Positions 35,836 to 43,946 of a stretch of 43,946 nt of DNA are shown here, one piece after another. Below the pieces are notes generated by a model, which worked only from the letters and a program-made list of their open reading frames with translations, was not told the DNA's origin and ran no database searches. How positions within the stretch are numbered: position 1 is the first letter of the stretch; the number at the start of each line of letters is the position of its first letter. The position numbers were made by a program, and so were the translations under genes. This stretch comes from a virus (Duplodnaviria; Caudoviricetes), in IMG/VR virus record IMGVR_UViG_3300048599_000898, positions 1-43,946 of that record; one strand, given 5' to 3'.

Positions 35836-36510
35836 ATGAGCGACTTACAGAAGATCGTCATCGGCCGCCTCGCCGAGATCGGCCGGGGTCCCGGCACCGC
35901 CGAGCGCCTCGGCGGGCTGAAAAAAAATTACATCTCGGATATTACGCGGGGGCACAAACGTGACGTGCGCGCCGCAAATCTGCCGGCACTCGCACGGGCT
36001 TTGGACTGGACCGTCGAGGATCTCCGAGCCGCAGGCGTCGAAACAGCGCCGAGCCCGTCGACCGTCGTCCCGGCCGACGACGTGACGATTCCTCTCATCG
36101 CGACTCTGCCCAAGGATCTACCGGTCCGTGGCGTCGCGGCCGGAGCAATCGTCGGCGCCTTTTCGATCGACGGTATAATCGATTGGGTTCGCCGCCCGCC
36201 GGGTCTCAGCCATACCACGAATGCTTATGCGCTCTATGTCGCAGGGACCTCGATGATCCCTAAATTCGAGCCCGGAGACCTCATTTTCGTGAATCCGGAT
36301 AGACCCGCAGGGCCGGGTGACCCGGTGATCATCCAGACGCGCCGCTATCCCGGCGACGACATTCAGGCGTGGGTCAAGATCCTGGTCCGGGTCACCCATG
36401 ACACCGTCACCGTCCGCCAGCTCAACCCGGAATCGACGATCGATCATCGACGTGATCAGGTCGTCGGGATCCACCGGGTGGTGCGCACGAGCGAAATGTT
36501 CGGGGTTTAA
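35836..36510 (+). CDS. cI: CI-like repressor (HTH plus S24 peptidase)
   Basis: N-terminal HTH; AYALYVAGTSMIPKFEPGD and WVK catalytic Ser/Lys; AAG cleavage-type site; start could be 35827. Confidence 0.92.
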   Translation: MSDLQKIVIGRLAEIGRGPGTAERLGGLKKNYISDITRGHKRDVRAANLPALARALDWTVEDLRAAGVETAPSPSTVVPADDVTIPLIATLPKDLPVRGVAAGAIVGAFSIDGIIDWVRRPPGLSHTTNAYALYVAGTSMIPKFEPGDLIFVNPDRPAGPGDPVIIQTRRYPGDDIQAWVKILVRVTHDTVTVRQLNPESTIDHRRDQVVGIHRVVRTSEMFGV

Positions 36511-36517
36511 AGAGGCG

Positions 36518-36916
36518 TCATTTTTCCGCGAGTAGCCCCGGGACGTTGGCGCCATTCGGGCCGTAGAGCATCAACACCGCAGCGCATGCAAGGATTGGAT
36601 CCTTCCCGCGCCATGCGCCGATTGTCTCCTTAGCCTTGGCAGTGACGATCGACGACTGTTCGGAAGCCGTCAAATCGAGATCGAACATCACCGCGAGGCC
36701 GGAGATCATCGCCTCTTGAAGATGTAGCCTTGGGCAGATTTTTTGTCCGCCGAGCACTTGGCCGATGTGGCCGAGCGCATTGCGCTGCTGGCTGGTCAAT
36801 GCCCAAGCGGATTCCGGGCAAAGCAGGGCGGTAGTCATCGCAACGATCGCGGCGGCCCTGCCGCCTCGCCGGCCCCACCAAGATGCTCTTGGGGCACCGC
36901 CATCGAAGATCCTCAT
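36518..36916 (-). CDS. Putative exported protein (immunity-region accessory gene)
   Basis: Signal-like AAAIVAMTTALLCPESAWA; two Cys in the mature part; start uncertain. Confidence 0.6.
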   Translation of the reverse strand: MRIFDGGAPRASWWGRRGGRAAAIVAMTTALLCPESAWALTSQQRNALGHIGQVLGGQKICPRLHLQEAMISGLAVMFDLDLTASEQSSIVTAKAKETIGAWRGKDPILACAAVLMLYGPNGANVPGLLAEK

Positions 36917-36977
36917 GATTTCATGCTCCTGACCGCACGCCGAGGTCGACACTACCGCACGGCCATACCACCGCATT

Positions 36978-37028
36978 CCAGAAATTGCTGGCACAAGAGT
37001 TGACCGCCTGATTTTGCTGGAGTACCGT
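36978..37028 (+). promoter_or_regulatory. pL-like promoter with two 14-bp operators
   Basis: TTGACC (37000-37005), 17 nt spacer, TACCGT (37023-37028); operators CCAGAAATTGCTGG (36978-36991) and CCTGATTTTGCTGG (37007-37020). Confidence 0.75.
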
Positions 37029-37068
37029 CTCCCTCGTCCCGCACCAACCCGCGGACGAGGAGAGCACG

Positions 37069-37385
37069 ATGTCCGACACCTCCATCACCGACAACCACGT
37101 CGCCGCCGCGACGCCCGCCGAGATCACCATCTTCGAGCGCCCGATCACCGACCACGGCAAGGCGATCGTCATCGCCGACCGGGGTTGGGTCTGGGTCGGC
37201 GACGTCACCGACGACGGCGAGTGGGTGCACATCCAGGGCGCCCGCTGTATCCGCCGCTGGGGCACCGGCCGCGGCCTCGGCCAGCTGGTCGGCGGCCCGA
37301 CCGCCGAGACCCGCCTCGACGCGCCGGCCGACCTGAAGGTCCGCCTCGGCGCCGTCATCGCGATCCAGCCGGTGGAGGCCTCCAA

Positions 37386-37401
<16 letters not shown>
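37069..37401 (+). CDS. Conserved small beta-barrel phage protein (DUF6948-like)
   Basis: IVIADRGWVWVG...ARCIRRWGTGRGLGQL; GAGGAG RBS. Confidence 0.75.
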
Positions 37402-37607
<206 letters not shown>

Positions 37608-37621
37608 TCCTGCTTCGAGAG

Positions 37622-37701
37622 TCCCTCCGGCGCACGCGCCGCGCCGGAGGGGATGCAAGGGGAATCGGCTTCCGCCCTGCCGGCGCCGAACGCGCCGGCA
37701 G
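37622..37701 (+). promoter_or_regulatory. Two tandem GC-rich hairpins
   Basis: TCCCTCCGGCGC-N7-GCGCCGGAGGGA and CTGCCGGCGC-N5-GCGCCGGCAG. Confidence 0.55.
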
Positions 37702-37722
37702 CACCGAACCCGAGGTGATCCC

Positions 37723-38025
37723 ATGCCCATGACAGAGTCTCCGGTCGGCGCCGCCGGCCGCATCCACCGGCCACCTCATCGGTTGATCCTGCGGCTCGCC
37801 GGATGGCCGGACGCGATCCGCTTCGACGCCGATCCCATTACCCTCCGCGGCAAATCGCGGCGGGGCGATCTCGCGGCTCGGATCTGCGAGACCTGCGCCG
37901 TCCTCGGGGTCCGCTTCCTCGACGGATGGATCATCGAGGCGGGAGCCCGGCGCCGCGTCTCCATCGACGTCGCTTCGATCACCTGGGTCGACGAGGCCCC
38001 GGCCGAGGAGTCCGCCGATGGCTGA
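37723..38025 (+). CDS. Hypothetical protein
   Basis: GAGGT RBS, start MPMTESP. Confidence 0.65.
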   Translation: MPMTESPVGAAGRIHRPPHRLILRLAGWPDAIRFDADPITLRGKSRRGDLAARICETCAVLGVRFLDGWIIEAGARRRVSIDVASITWVDEAPAEESADG

Positions 38026-38311
38026 CGATCGCCTCACCGACACTCAGGCCGCGGCGCTGCGCTGGATGGTCGGCGGCTATCTGCGGCTCGGTCGCGACAC
38101 CTGGGCGCCCTGCCGCAATCCGCAGATCCGGATCCGCCGCCGGGTGGTCGATGCGCTGGTGTCGCTCGGCTTCGCCCGCCGCGGCACCGAACCGATGACC
38201 GGGGCGCCGATCGCGCTGATCACCCCTGCCGGGCGGATCATCGCCCGGACCCTGGCCGCTCTCGAACGCGGGCGCCGGGAGGCATCCGAGAGACAGAGGA
38301 GCGAGAGATGA
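38018..38311 (+). CDS. Hypothetical protein (possible winged helix)
   Basis: LTDTQAAAL...VVDALVSLG...ITPAGR; GAGGAG RBS. Confidence 0.65.
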   Translation: MADDRLTDTQAAALRWMVGGYLRLGRDTWAPCRNPQIRIRRRVVDALVSLGFARRGTEPMTGAPIALITPAGRIIARTLAALERGRREASERQRSER

Positions 38312-38829
38312 CCGAGACGATCGATCAGACGGTTTCCGGCGACGGCTACGTGGCAATGCAGACGCGAGTCGCGGCGGCGATCTGGCCGGAGGCGGAGCAG
38401 GTCGAGAAGGCCGGCCTCGTGCCCGGCGCGGTCGATCGGGCGGCTATCACTGCCGGCAGGGCGATCGACGCCATCACGGAAACGCACCTGATCGTGCCGC
38501 GGAGGGGCATGTCGCGGGCCGTCTGCGACGTCATCGCCGAGCGCCATCGCCGAATCACCTGCGGCTACGGCAGCCCGGAGGTCGACGACCTCGAGAGGTC
38601 CGGGTCGTTTGCCTCGGCCGCCGCCTGCTACGCGATTTCGGCGATCGATCCGCCCGCGACGTTCGCGCTCCTCGCCAGCCGGTGGCCGTGGGAGCGGGCC
38701 CGGTGGAATCCGGGGCCGGAGCGCCGGATGCTCGTCGACGCCGTTGTGCTGCTCCTCGCCGAGATCGAGCGCCGCGACCGCGCCATCGAGCGCCGCGACC
38801 GCGCCGCCGCCCGCGAGGCGGCGCCATGA
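38308..38829 (+). CDS. Conserved phage hypothetical protein
   Basis: DVIAERHR...AAACYA...WPW...RRMLVDAVVLLLAEIERRDR, a widespread phage motif. Confidence 0.75.
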   Translation: MTETIDQTVSGDGYVAMQTRVAAAIWPEAEQVEKAGLVPGAVDRAAITAGRAIDAITETHLIVPRRGMSRAVCDVIAERHRRITCGYGSPEVDDLERSGSFASAAACYAISAIDPPATFALLASRWPWERARWNPGPERRMLVDAVVLLLAEIERRDRAIERRDRAAAREAAP

Positions 38830-38969
38830 TCCGCCGCCCCGACCTCCTCGATCACCTCGCGCCGTTGGCCCGTCGGCGGGTCGCCGAGCCGCTCGCCTGT
38901 CTCGCCTGGGCCGCAGTCGTCGCCGCGGCGGTCGTCCGCCTCGCCGCGACCGCGCCGATCACACCCTGA
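38826..38969 (+). CDS. Small putative membrane peptide
   Basis: ATGA overlap; hydrophobic LACLAWAAVVAAAVV. Confidence 0.5.
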   Translation: MIRRPDLLDHLAPLARRRVAEPLACLAWAAVVAAAVVRLAATAPITP

Positions 38970-38979
38970 GGGCCCCTGC

Positions 38980-39240
38980 ATGACCGATCACCCGCTCATT
39001 CGCCCCTATTCGCCGCCGGAGTTGCCGGCGCCGGGCACCCCGCGGCGCGGCTCGGTCACCACTCCGATCCGCCGCTGTCTCGGCGTCACTCGGACACCGC
39101 AAGCCGGGGCCGCCGACGAGCTGGTGCTCGTCCTCCAGCGCGCCGACGGCGCGCTGCATTGTCTGTCGATGGACTACGCCACCGCCGCCGCCGCGATGCT
39201 CGCGCTCCGATGCGAGATCACCGCGGTCGAGACCCCCTGA
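38980..39240 (+). CDS. Hypothetical protein
   Basis: 86 aa ORF in operon with GAGGG RBS. Confidence 0.65.
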   Translation: MTDHPLIRPYSPPELPAPGTPRRGSVTTPIRRCLGVTRTPQAGAADELVLVLQRADGALHCLSMDYATAAAAMLALRCEITAVETP

Positions 39241-39256
39241 GCCGAGGAGAGCCGCC

Positions 39257-40174
39257 ATGAGCGCCGCTCTACCGCAGACCGTCACCCCCGATGCGACCCG
39301 CATTCCCCGCGCCACCGTCTCCGCCGATCCGCTCGTCCGCTGTCTGGCGTGGCGGGCGGTCGAGGCCGGCGGCCACTGGACCGGCACCGTCTCCGATCTG
39401 CACGCGTTGATCGTCGCGACTCTCGGCCACGGCGGACCCGCCTCGATCGGCGGTCGTTGTCCGACCGTGCTCGGCAAGCGGCTCACCGGTCTGCCCGGGA
39501 TGAGCCGCACCCCCGGGACGCGCCCCTCCGAGGCCGATCTCGAGACCGAAATCGACGGCCTCGTCGTCCGCCGGCATCGCGAGCGCGGAGCCGGCCGGCG
39601 CTGGCTATGGTCTCTGTACATCCCGGTCATGCATCCGGAGGTCAGCGCTTATGATCCGGTGTCGCCGATCGTCCGCGCGTTCGTCGCCGAGCGGCTGGTG
39701 ATCGACCGGGAGGGGATCGTCGCCACCGGCTGGTGGGCGGACGCCGTCAGGCGCTGGGCTGCGGAGCACGGCGCCGTCTGCCCGAGCCCCGAGCGCCTGG
39801 CGCGCGATCTCGCAGAGATCGCCGGGGAGCGCGGAGCGGTCCGGATCCGCGAGGGGCTCCGGCGCGGCTGGCGCGGCATCCACATCGTCTCTGCGGAGGC
39901 GGCCGCGCTCGATGCTCGCGCCGAGGCGGCGATCGCCACCGCGCTCGGGGTGGCGGACGATCTCGACTACGACCGGGAGACCGGAGGACGCCCGGCGTCG
40001 TCGATTCCGGACGGACTGAGCCCGACGACCATCCTCGATCGCTGGTGGCCGGAGTCGGTCGCCTCTCCGCCGCCGCCGGTCGATCTCCCCGGGTGGCGGG
40101 TCCCCGCTGCCGTCGCGGGATTGATGATCGCTGCGATGGCCATCGCCACCGTCTCGACGTTTTTCGCCGGCTGA
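39257..40174 (+). CDS. Hypothetical protein with primase-C-terminal-like winged-helix segments and a C-terminal TM helix
   Basis: GAGGAG RBS; SPIVRAFVAERL...WAAEHG...RGWRGIHI; ends VAGLMIAAMAIATVSTFFAG. Confidence 0.6.
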   Translation: MSAALPQTVTPDATRIPRATVSADPLVRCLAWRAVEAGGHWTGTVSDLHALIVATLGHGGPASIGGRCPTVLGKRLTGLPGMSRTPGTRPSEADLETEIDGLVVRRHRERGAGRRWLWSLYIPVMHPEVSAYDPVSPIVRAFVAERLVIDREGIVATGWWADAVRRWAAEHGAVCPSPERLARDLAEIAGERGAVRIREGLRRGWRGIHIVSAEAAALDARAEAAIATALGVADDLDYDRETGGRPASSIPDGLSPTTILDRWWPESVASPPPPVDLPGWRVPAAVAGLMIAAMAIATVSTFFAG

Positions 40175-40185
40175 GGAGGCCCCCG

Positions 40186-40611
40186 ATGGATGCACCCGTG
40201 ATCGATCTGCCGCCGCTGACGACTCCGAAATCCGCCGCGGCTCGGCGCAAGGTCGGCGCCGTCGACGCCTTGCTCTCCGTCGCCGAGTCCGCTGCGGCGA
40301 TCCAGACAGAGGCCTTCGACCCGGCCGAGCGCGGAGGCGGCCGCCGGCCGCCGACCCGGCTGCCGGAAAACACTGTCGCTGGGATCTCTTGCGCGCAGCT
40401 GCGCGCCCTCGTCGAGAGGATCGAGCGCCTCGAAGAAGACAAGCGGGCGATCTCCGACGACATCAAGGACGTCTTCGCCGAGGCCAAGGCCGGTGGCTTC
40501 GACGTCAAGACCATCCGGCAGGTGGTGCGCCTGCGCCGTCAGGATCCCGCCAGCCGCGACGAGCAGCGAGAGACGCTGCAACTTTACATGTCCGCCCTCG
40601 GGATGGAGTGA
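40186..40611 (+). CDS. gapR: GapR/DUF2312 (UPF0335) DNA-binding protein with N-terminal extension
   Basis: QLRALVERIERLEEDKRAISDDIKDVFAEAKAGGFDVKTIRQVVRLR...LYMSALGM. Confidence 0.9.
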   Translation: MDAPVIDLPPLTTPKSAAARRKVGAVDALLSVAESAAAIQTEAFDPAERGGGRRPPTRLPENTVAGISCAQLRALVERIERLEEDKRAISDDIKDVFAEAKAGGFDVKTIRQVVRLRRQDPASRDEQRETLQLYMSALGME

Positions 40612-40615
40612 GCCG

Positions 40616-41302
40616 ATGCCGACCGCGATGATTCTCCCCGGCCTCTACCGCCGGGCCGCGCTGGTGATGAACCCAGAGGACAGCCGCTACTACATCCACG
40701 GCGTCCGGGTCGAACCCCACGAGGGGGGCGGCACGCTCCTCGTCGCCACCAACGGCGCGGTTCTGGTCGCGCTCCGCGATCCCGCCGGCTGGTGCGACGC
40801 CGCGATGACGGTCCGTCTCGACCGTCCGACGGCGCGCCTCGCCGCCACTCGGGCTCACGCCACCCGCTCGCGGATCATCGTCGACGGCGACCGCGCCGGT
40901 ATCATCGAGCCGCCGATGGACGATTTTTCGGAGGACCCCGAATACGCTGCGGTCAATTGCCTGGAGCAGCTGATCGACTTCGGTCCGCGCCTCGCCGCCC
41001 TACAATTCCGCGGCGCTCATGTCGACGGTGATTTCGTCGACTGGCGCCGCGTCGTCCCGCCGCGGGGCAGCGCAATCGGTGGTGTTCCCCTCCTGGATGC
41101 GCGTCTGGTCGGATTGCTCGGGCAGGTATTCGGCGATCGCGAGGGTCACGTTGCGCTCGGCCTCCAGCCGAGCGGCGGCGGCACCGCCGCCGTGGTCGTC
41201 CCTGATTACGGCAGACAACCCCCACTGGTCGACGGATACGGCCTGATCATACCGATGGTCGCGCACCGTACAGACCCGATCGCCGAGTGGTTCGTCGCAT
41301 GA
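40616..41302 (+). CDS. DNA polymerase III beta-clamp-like protein (truncated phage type)
   Basis: EDSRYYIHGVRVE, LVATNG, VDGDFVDWRRVVP, GLIIPM. Confidence 0.75.
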   Translation: MPTAMILPGLYRRAALVMNPEDSRYYIHGVRVEPHEGGGTLLVATNGAVLVALRDPAGWCDAAMTVRLDRPTARLAATRAHATRSRIIVDGDRAGIIEPPMDDFSEDPEYAAVNCLEQLIDFGPRLAALQFRGAHVDGDFVDWRRVVPPRGSAIGGVPLLDARLVGLLGQVFGDREGHVALGLQPSGGGTAAVVVPDYGRQPPLVDGYGLIIPMVAHRTDPIAEWFVA

Positions 41303-41544
41303 CCGCGCCGAAAATTTTCCCCATCGGCTCGCGGGTCAGGAAGCTCGGCGGCTCCTACGGCGGCCCCGGGATTGTCCGCGGCCACGCCACGATTGAGACC
41401 GGCGAGGTCCGTTACCTCGTCGGTCACCGCATCGCCGACGGCTACGGCGAGTTTCTCCACGTCTACCCGGCGCGGCTGCTCGCGCCGGATCACACCGCGG
41501 CGATCATTGCGGATATCATTTCTGCGGAGTCGGCGCCGAGTTGA
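41299..41544 (+). CDS. SH3-fold protein resembling DfrB/R67 DHFR
   Basis: FPIGSRVRKLGG...G.V.G...Y.V...LHVYPARLL compared with R67 FGMGDRVRKKSG...VQIYPVAAL. Confidence 0.55.
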   Translation: MTAPKIFPIGSRVRKLGGSYGGPGIVRGHATIETGEVRYLVGHRIADGYGEFLHVYPARLLAPDHTAAIIADIISAESAPS

Positions 41545-41554
41545 GGACGAGCGG

Positions 41555-41836
41555 ATGGACGTCTCCCCCCGTGCCGACCGACCCCGCCTGCGGATCGAAT
41601 TCGACGAGTTCGCACCGCCGCGCGAGATCACCGAGACCTGCCTCGTCTGCGGGCGGGTCGATCGCATCACGGTGTGGTCGCCCGACGATACGCCGCGGCC
41701 GGATCCGCCGATCTGCTATGAGTGCCTCGATCGCCGCCGCCCGGCCGGCGCATCCTGGCGCGACCAGACGACGATCGCCCGTCTGTCGGCGATCGCCGCC
41801 GCGCTCGGGAGGGAGGCGACATGTCGGACCCCATGA
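41555..41836 (+). CDS. Zinc-finger-like hypothetical protein
   Basis: CLVC...CYEC; GAGGA RBS. Confidence 0.6.
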   Translation: MDVSPRADRPRLRIEFDEFAPPREITETCLVCGRVDRITVWSPDDTPRPDPPICYECLDRRRPAGASWRDQTTIARLSAIAAALGREATCRTP

Positions 41837-42036
41837 CCCTGTCTGAGCGGCTGTCGCTCGAGGAGATCATCGCCGGCCTCGCCGACGATCTGGTCGCGCT
41901 CCGCGCCGGCCGGATCACCACCGGCGAGGCCAAGGCCAGAGCCGCGCTCGCCCACGAGATCATGCGCGGGGTCAATCTCGTGGTCAAAGCCGGCGCCCTG
42001 TTCGAGGCGCGGGCGAAGCAGATCGGAGGGAGGTAA
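41821..42036 (+). CDS. Hypothetical protein
   Basis: GGAGG RBS, start MSDPMTL. Confidence 0.7.
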   Translation: MSDPMTLSERLSLEEIIAGLADDLVALRAGRITTGEAKARAALAHEIMRGVNLVVKAGALFEARAKQIGGR

Positions 42037-42039
42037 GCG

Positions 42040-42303
42040 ATGACCGATATCCCTGCGGACATCATGCAGGCGGCACGTGCGGCGGTGATCACCGATCAGA
42101 CGCCGCGCAAACTACGAGATCTCATACTCAATGGCACCGCCGACGAGATGTGGCCGATCCCTCATGTTGCCCGAGCGATCCTCGCCGAGCGCGAGCGGTG
42201 TGCGAGGGTCGCCGATGAAAGGCGCATGTGGCCGTCGTTTTGCTCTCTGCACACGGTCGGCGGGGTGATTGCCGCAGCCATCCGCGGAGGGTCCGATGTC
42301 TGA
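42040..42303 (+). CDS. Hypothetical protein
   Basis: GGAGGT RBS; ARAILAERERCARVA...IAAAIR phage motif. Confidence 0.75.
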   Translation: MTDIPADIMQAARAAVITDQTPRKLRDLILNGTADEMWPIPHVARAILAERERCARVADERRMWPSFCSLHTVGGVIAAAIRGGSDV

Positions 42304-42775
42304 CGCGACTTTCCGCTGGTTTGTGATCGGCCTCCTCGCGACGATCGCCCTCGGTGTCCGTCACGCCCGGTGCGAGACCGTCGACGGCGACTGCATCACC
42401 ATCATCGATGGCGACACCGTCGCGCTGCCCTGCGATCCGGCCCGCGGGATCTATCCCGGCTGCGCCGAGCGGATCCGACTCGTCGGGATCGACGCTCCCG
42501 AGGTCGGCTCCCACGCCCGCTGCCCGACCGAGGCGACGGCCGGCCGCGCCGCCAAAGCGACGCTCGCCGGTCTGATCCGTGGGCGCCCGGTCGAGATCAC
42601 CCGCACCGGCGTCGATCGCTATCGCCGCACCCTCGCCCGCCTATCGGTCGACGGAGCCGACGTCGACGCGGCGATGCTCGCCGCAGGCGCCGCGATCCCC
42701 TATCGCCCGGGCCGGGCTGCCTGGGCCGATCGCTGTCGCCACTGGTGTTCGGGCGCGGCGAGATGCGAGGAGTGA
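42296..42775 (+). CDS. Thermonuclease (SNase-like) with N-terminal signal/TM
   Basis: IIDGDT, RIRLVGIDAPE, DRYRRTLA. Confidence 0.9.
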   Translation: MSDATFRWFVIGLLATIALGVRHARCETVDGDCITIIDGDTVALPCDPARGIYPGCAERIRLVGIDAPEVGSHARCPTEATAGRAAKATLAGLIRGRPVEITRTGVDRYRRTLARLSVDGADVDAAMLAAGAAIPYRPGRAAWADRCRHWCSGAARCEE

Positions 42776-42780
42776 CGGCG

Positions 42781-43080
42781 ATGCAGGACGATCGGCCATT
42801 GACCGTCGACATGGTCGCCGAGCGGTGGGGATGCTCCGCCGCCCACGTCCGCGCCCTGATCAGGCGAGGCGAATTGCGGGCTTTTCGGCTCGGCGGAAAG
42901 CTGCTCAGAGTCCCCGCCGACGCGGTCATGGAGGCGGAGCGATGCCGGCTTTTCGACTCGGACGACTCAACGGCGAATTCGTCGTCACCTGGTGGGAAGA
43001 TGGCCGCCGCCGTCGATTCCGCCTTGGTACGACTGATCGCGGCGACGCCGAGCGCAAAGCCCGCGACGTCGCCCGGCTGA
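42781..43080 (+). CDS. xis: Excisionase (HTH_17-type)
   Basis: LTVDMVAERWGCSAAHVRALIRRGELRAFRLGGKLLRVP; upstream of and overlapping int. Confidence 0.85.
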   Translation: MQDDRPLTVDMVAERWGCSAAHVRALIRRGELRAFRLGGKLLRVPADAVMEAERCRLFDSDDSTANSSSPGGKMAAAVDSALVRLIAATPSAKPATSPG

Positions 43081-43946
43081 CTGTCGACCGCATCGTCCCC
43101 ACGGCCGGGAACCTCTGGGCGGCCTATTGCGACGAGAATCGCGCGAAGCCGGCGATCACCACCATGGGGTATGAGTGGCGGGCGATGGCGTCGCATTTCT
43201 CGCCACTGCGCCCCGACGAGATCACCGTCGAGACCTGCCGCGCCTATGCCGACGTTCGTCGGGCGCGGGGGATCCGGGACGGCTCGATCTGGACGGAGCT
43301 GGGCCACCTCCGCACTGTGCTCACCTGGGCGGTCAAGCGCGGACACATCGCGACGGCCCCCTACATCGAGCGGCCCACCAAGCCGGCGCCCCGCGACCGC
43401 CATCTCACCCGCGACGAAGCTCGACGCTTGATCGAGGCTGCCGGCGCGCCGCATGTGCGATTGGCGATCATCCTGATGCTCGGCACCGCCGGCCGAATCG
43501 GGGCGATCCTCGATCTCACCTGGGATCGGGTCGATTTCGACCGGGGATTGATCTCGCTCGCTCTCTCCGACGGCGTCACCCGCAAGGGACGCGCCACCGT
43601 GCCGATGAGCGGCATGACCCGGGCGGCGCTCACCGAGGCCCGTGCCGGTGCACTGACCGACCATGTGATCGAGTATGCCGGCGAGCCGGTCGCCTCGATC
43701 AAAAACGGATTTCGCGGCGCGGTGGCGCGGGCCGGTCTCGCCGACGTGACGCCACATGTCCTCCGCCACACCGCTGCCGTCTGGCTCGCTGAGGCCGGCA
43801 AGCCGATGACCGAGATCGCGCAGTATCTCGGCCACTCCGACAGCCGGCTGACCGAGCGCGTCTACGCCCGCTACAGCCCGACCCACCTTCGAGGCGCCGC
43901 CGAGATCCTCGATTTCATCGCGCCGCAGGTTCGACAGCACCACTGA
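42942..43946 (+). CDS. int: Tyrosine integrase
   Basis: TAGRIGAIL (R), TRK (K), HVLRHT, LGHS, VYARY (Y); GGAGG/GGAG RBS. Confidence 0.95.
   Translation: MPAFRLGRLNGEFVVTWWEDGRRRRFRLGTTDRGDAERKARDVARLTVDRIVPTAGNLWAAYCDENRAKPAITTMGYEWRAMASHFSPLRPDEITVETCRAYADVRRARGIRDGSIWTELGHLRTVLTWAVKRGHIATAPYIERPTKPAPRDRHLTRDEARRLIEAAGAPHVRLAIILMLGTAGRIGAILDLTWDRVDFDRGLISLALSDGVTRKGRATVPMSGMTRAALTEARAGALTDHVIEYAGEPVASIKNGFRGAVARAGLADVTPHVLRHTAAVWLAEAGKPMTEIAQYLGHSDSRLTERVYARYSPTHLRGAAEILDFIAPQVRQHH

Noticed and set aside
1547-35839. Many long Arg/Pro/Ala-rich alternative-frame and antisense ORFs (e.g. 17720-19726, 21265-22959, 23671-25695, 29567-31315, 34223-35839)
   Set aside because: Shadow ORFs expected in high-GC DNA; they overlap well-supported genes and lack motifs
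43900-43946. att site or tRNA target
   Set aside because: Window ends at the integrase stop; no tRNA or terminal direct repeat visible

Overview
The window is essentially one near-complete temperate prophage in GC-rich (about 70% by eye) DNA. The host is most likely an alphaproteobacterium, inferred from the GcrA-like and GapR/DUF2312-like genes. Reading right to left: tyrosine integrase and excisionase (42.8-43.9 kb, +); an early-left operon of small accessory genes (37.0-42.8 kb, +); a cI/cro switch with matching 14-bp operators at both early promoters; an early-right operon (-) with cII-like, OmpR/CtrA-type wHTH, GcrA-like, HNH and Prim-Pol/P4-type primase-helicase genes; an AT-rich iterated origin; a NusG-family antiterminator with a late promoter and a structured leader; a lambda-like cos site, terminase, portal and protease-capsid fusion; a Mu-like contractile tail with a -1 frameshifted chaperone; several tail-fibre-like genes; a decayed or swapped region; and a lysis cassette (GH19 endolysin, spanins, holin candidates) interrupted by an oppositely oriented, apparently autoregulated three-gene moron. 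The att sites are not visible because the window ends at gene boundaries. The best leads are the NusG paralogue with its structured leader RNA, the operator-controlled ParB-like/HTH moron, a membrane-anchored tandem primase-wHTH-like protein, the set of host cell-cycle regulator mimics, the Gly-Asp/Gly-Tyr repeat peptide module, and four parS-like half-sites next to cos. All family assignments come from recognising motifs by eye; no searches were run.
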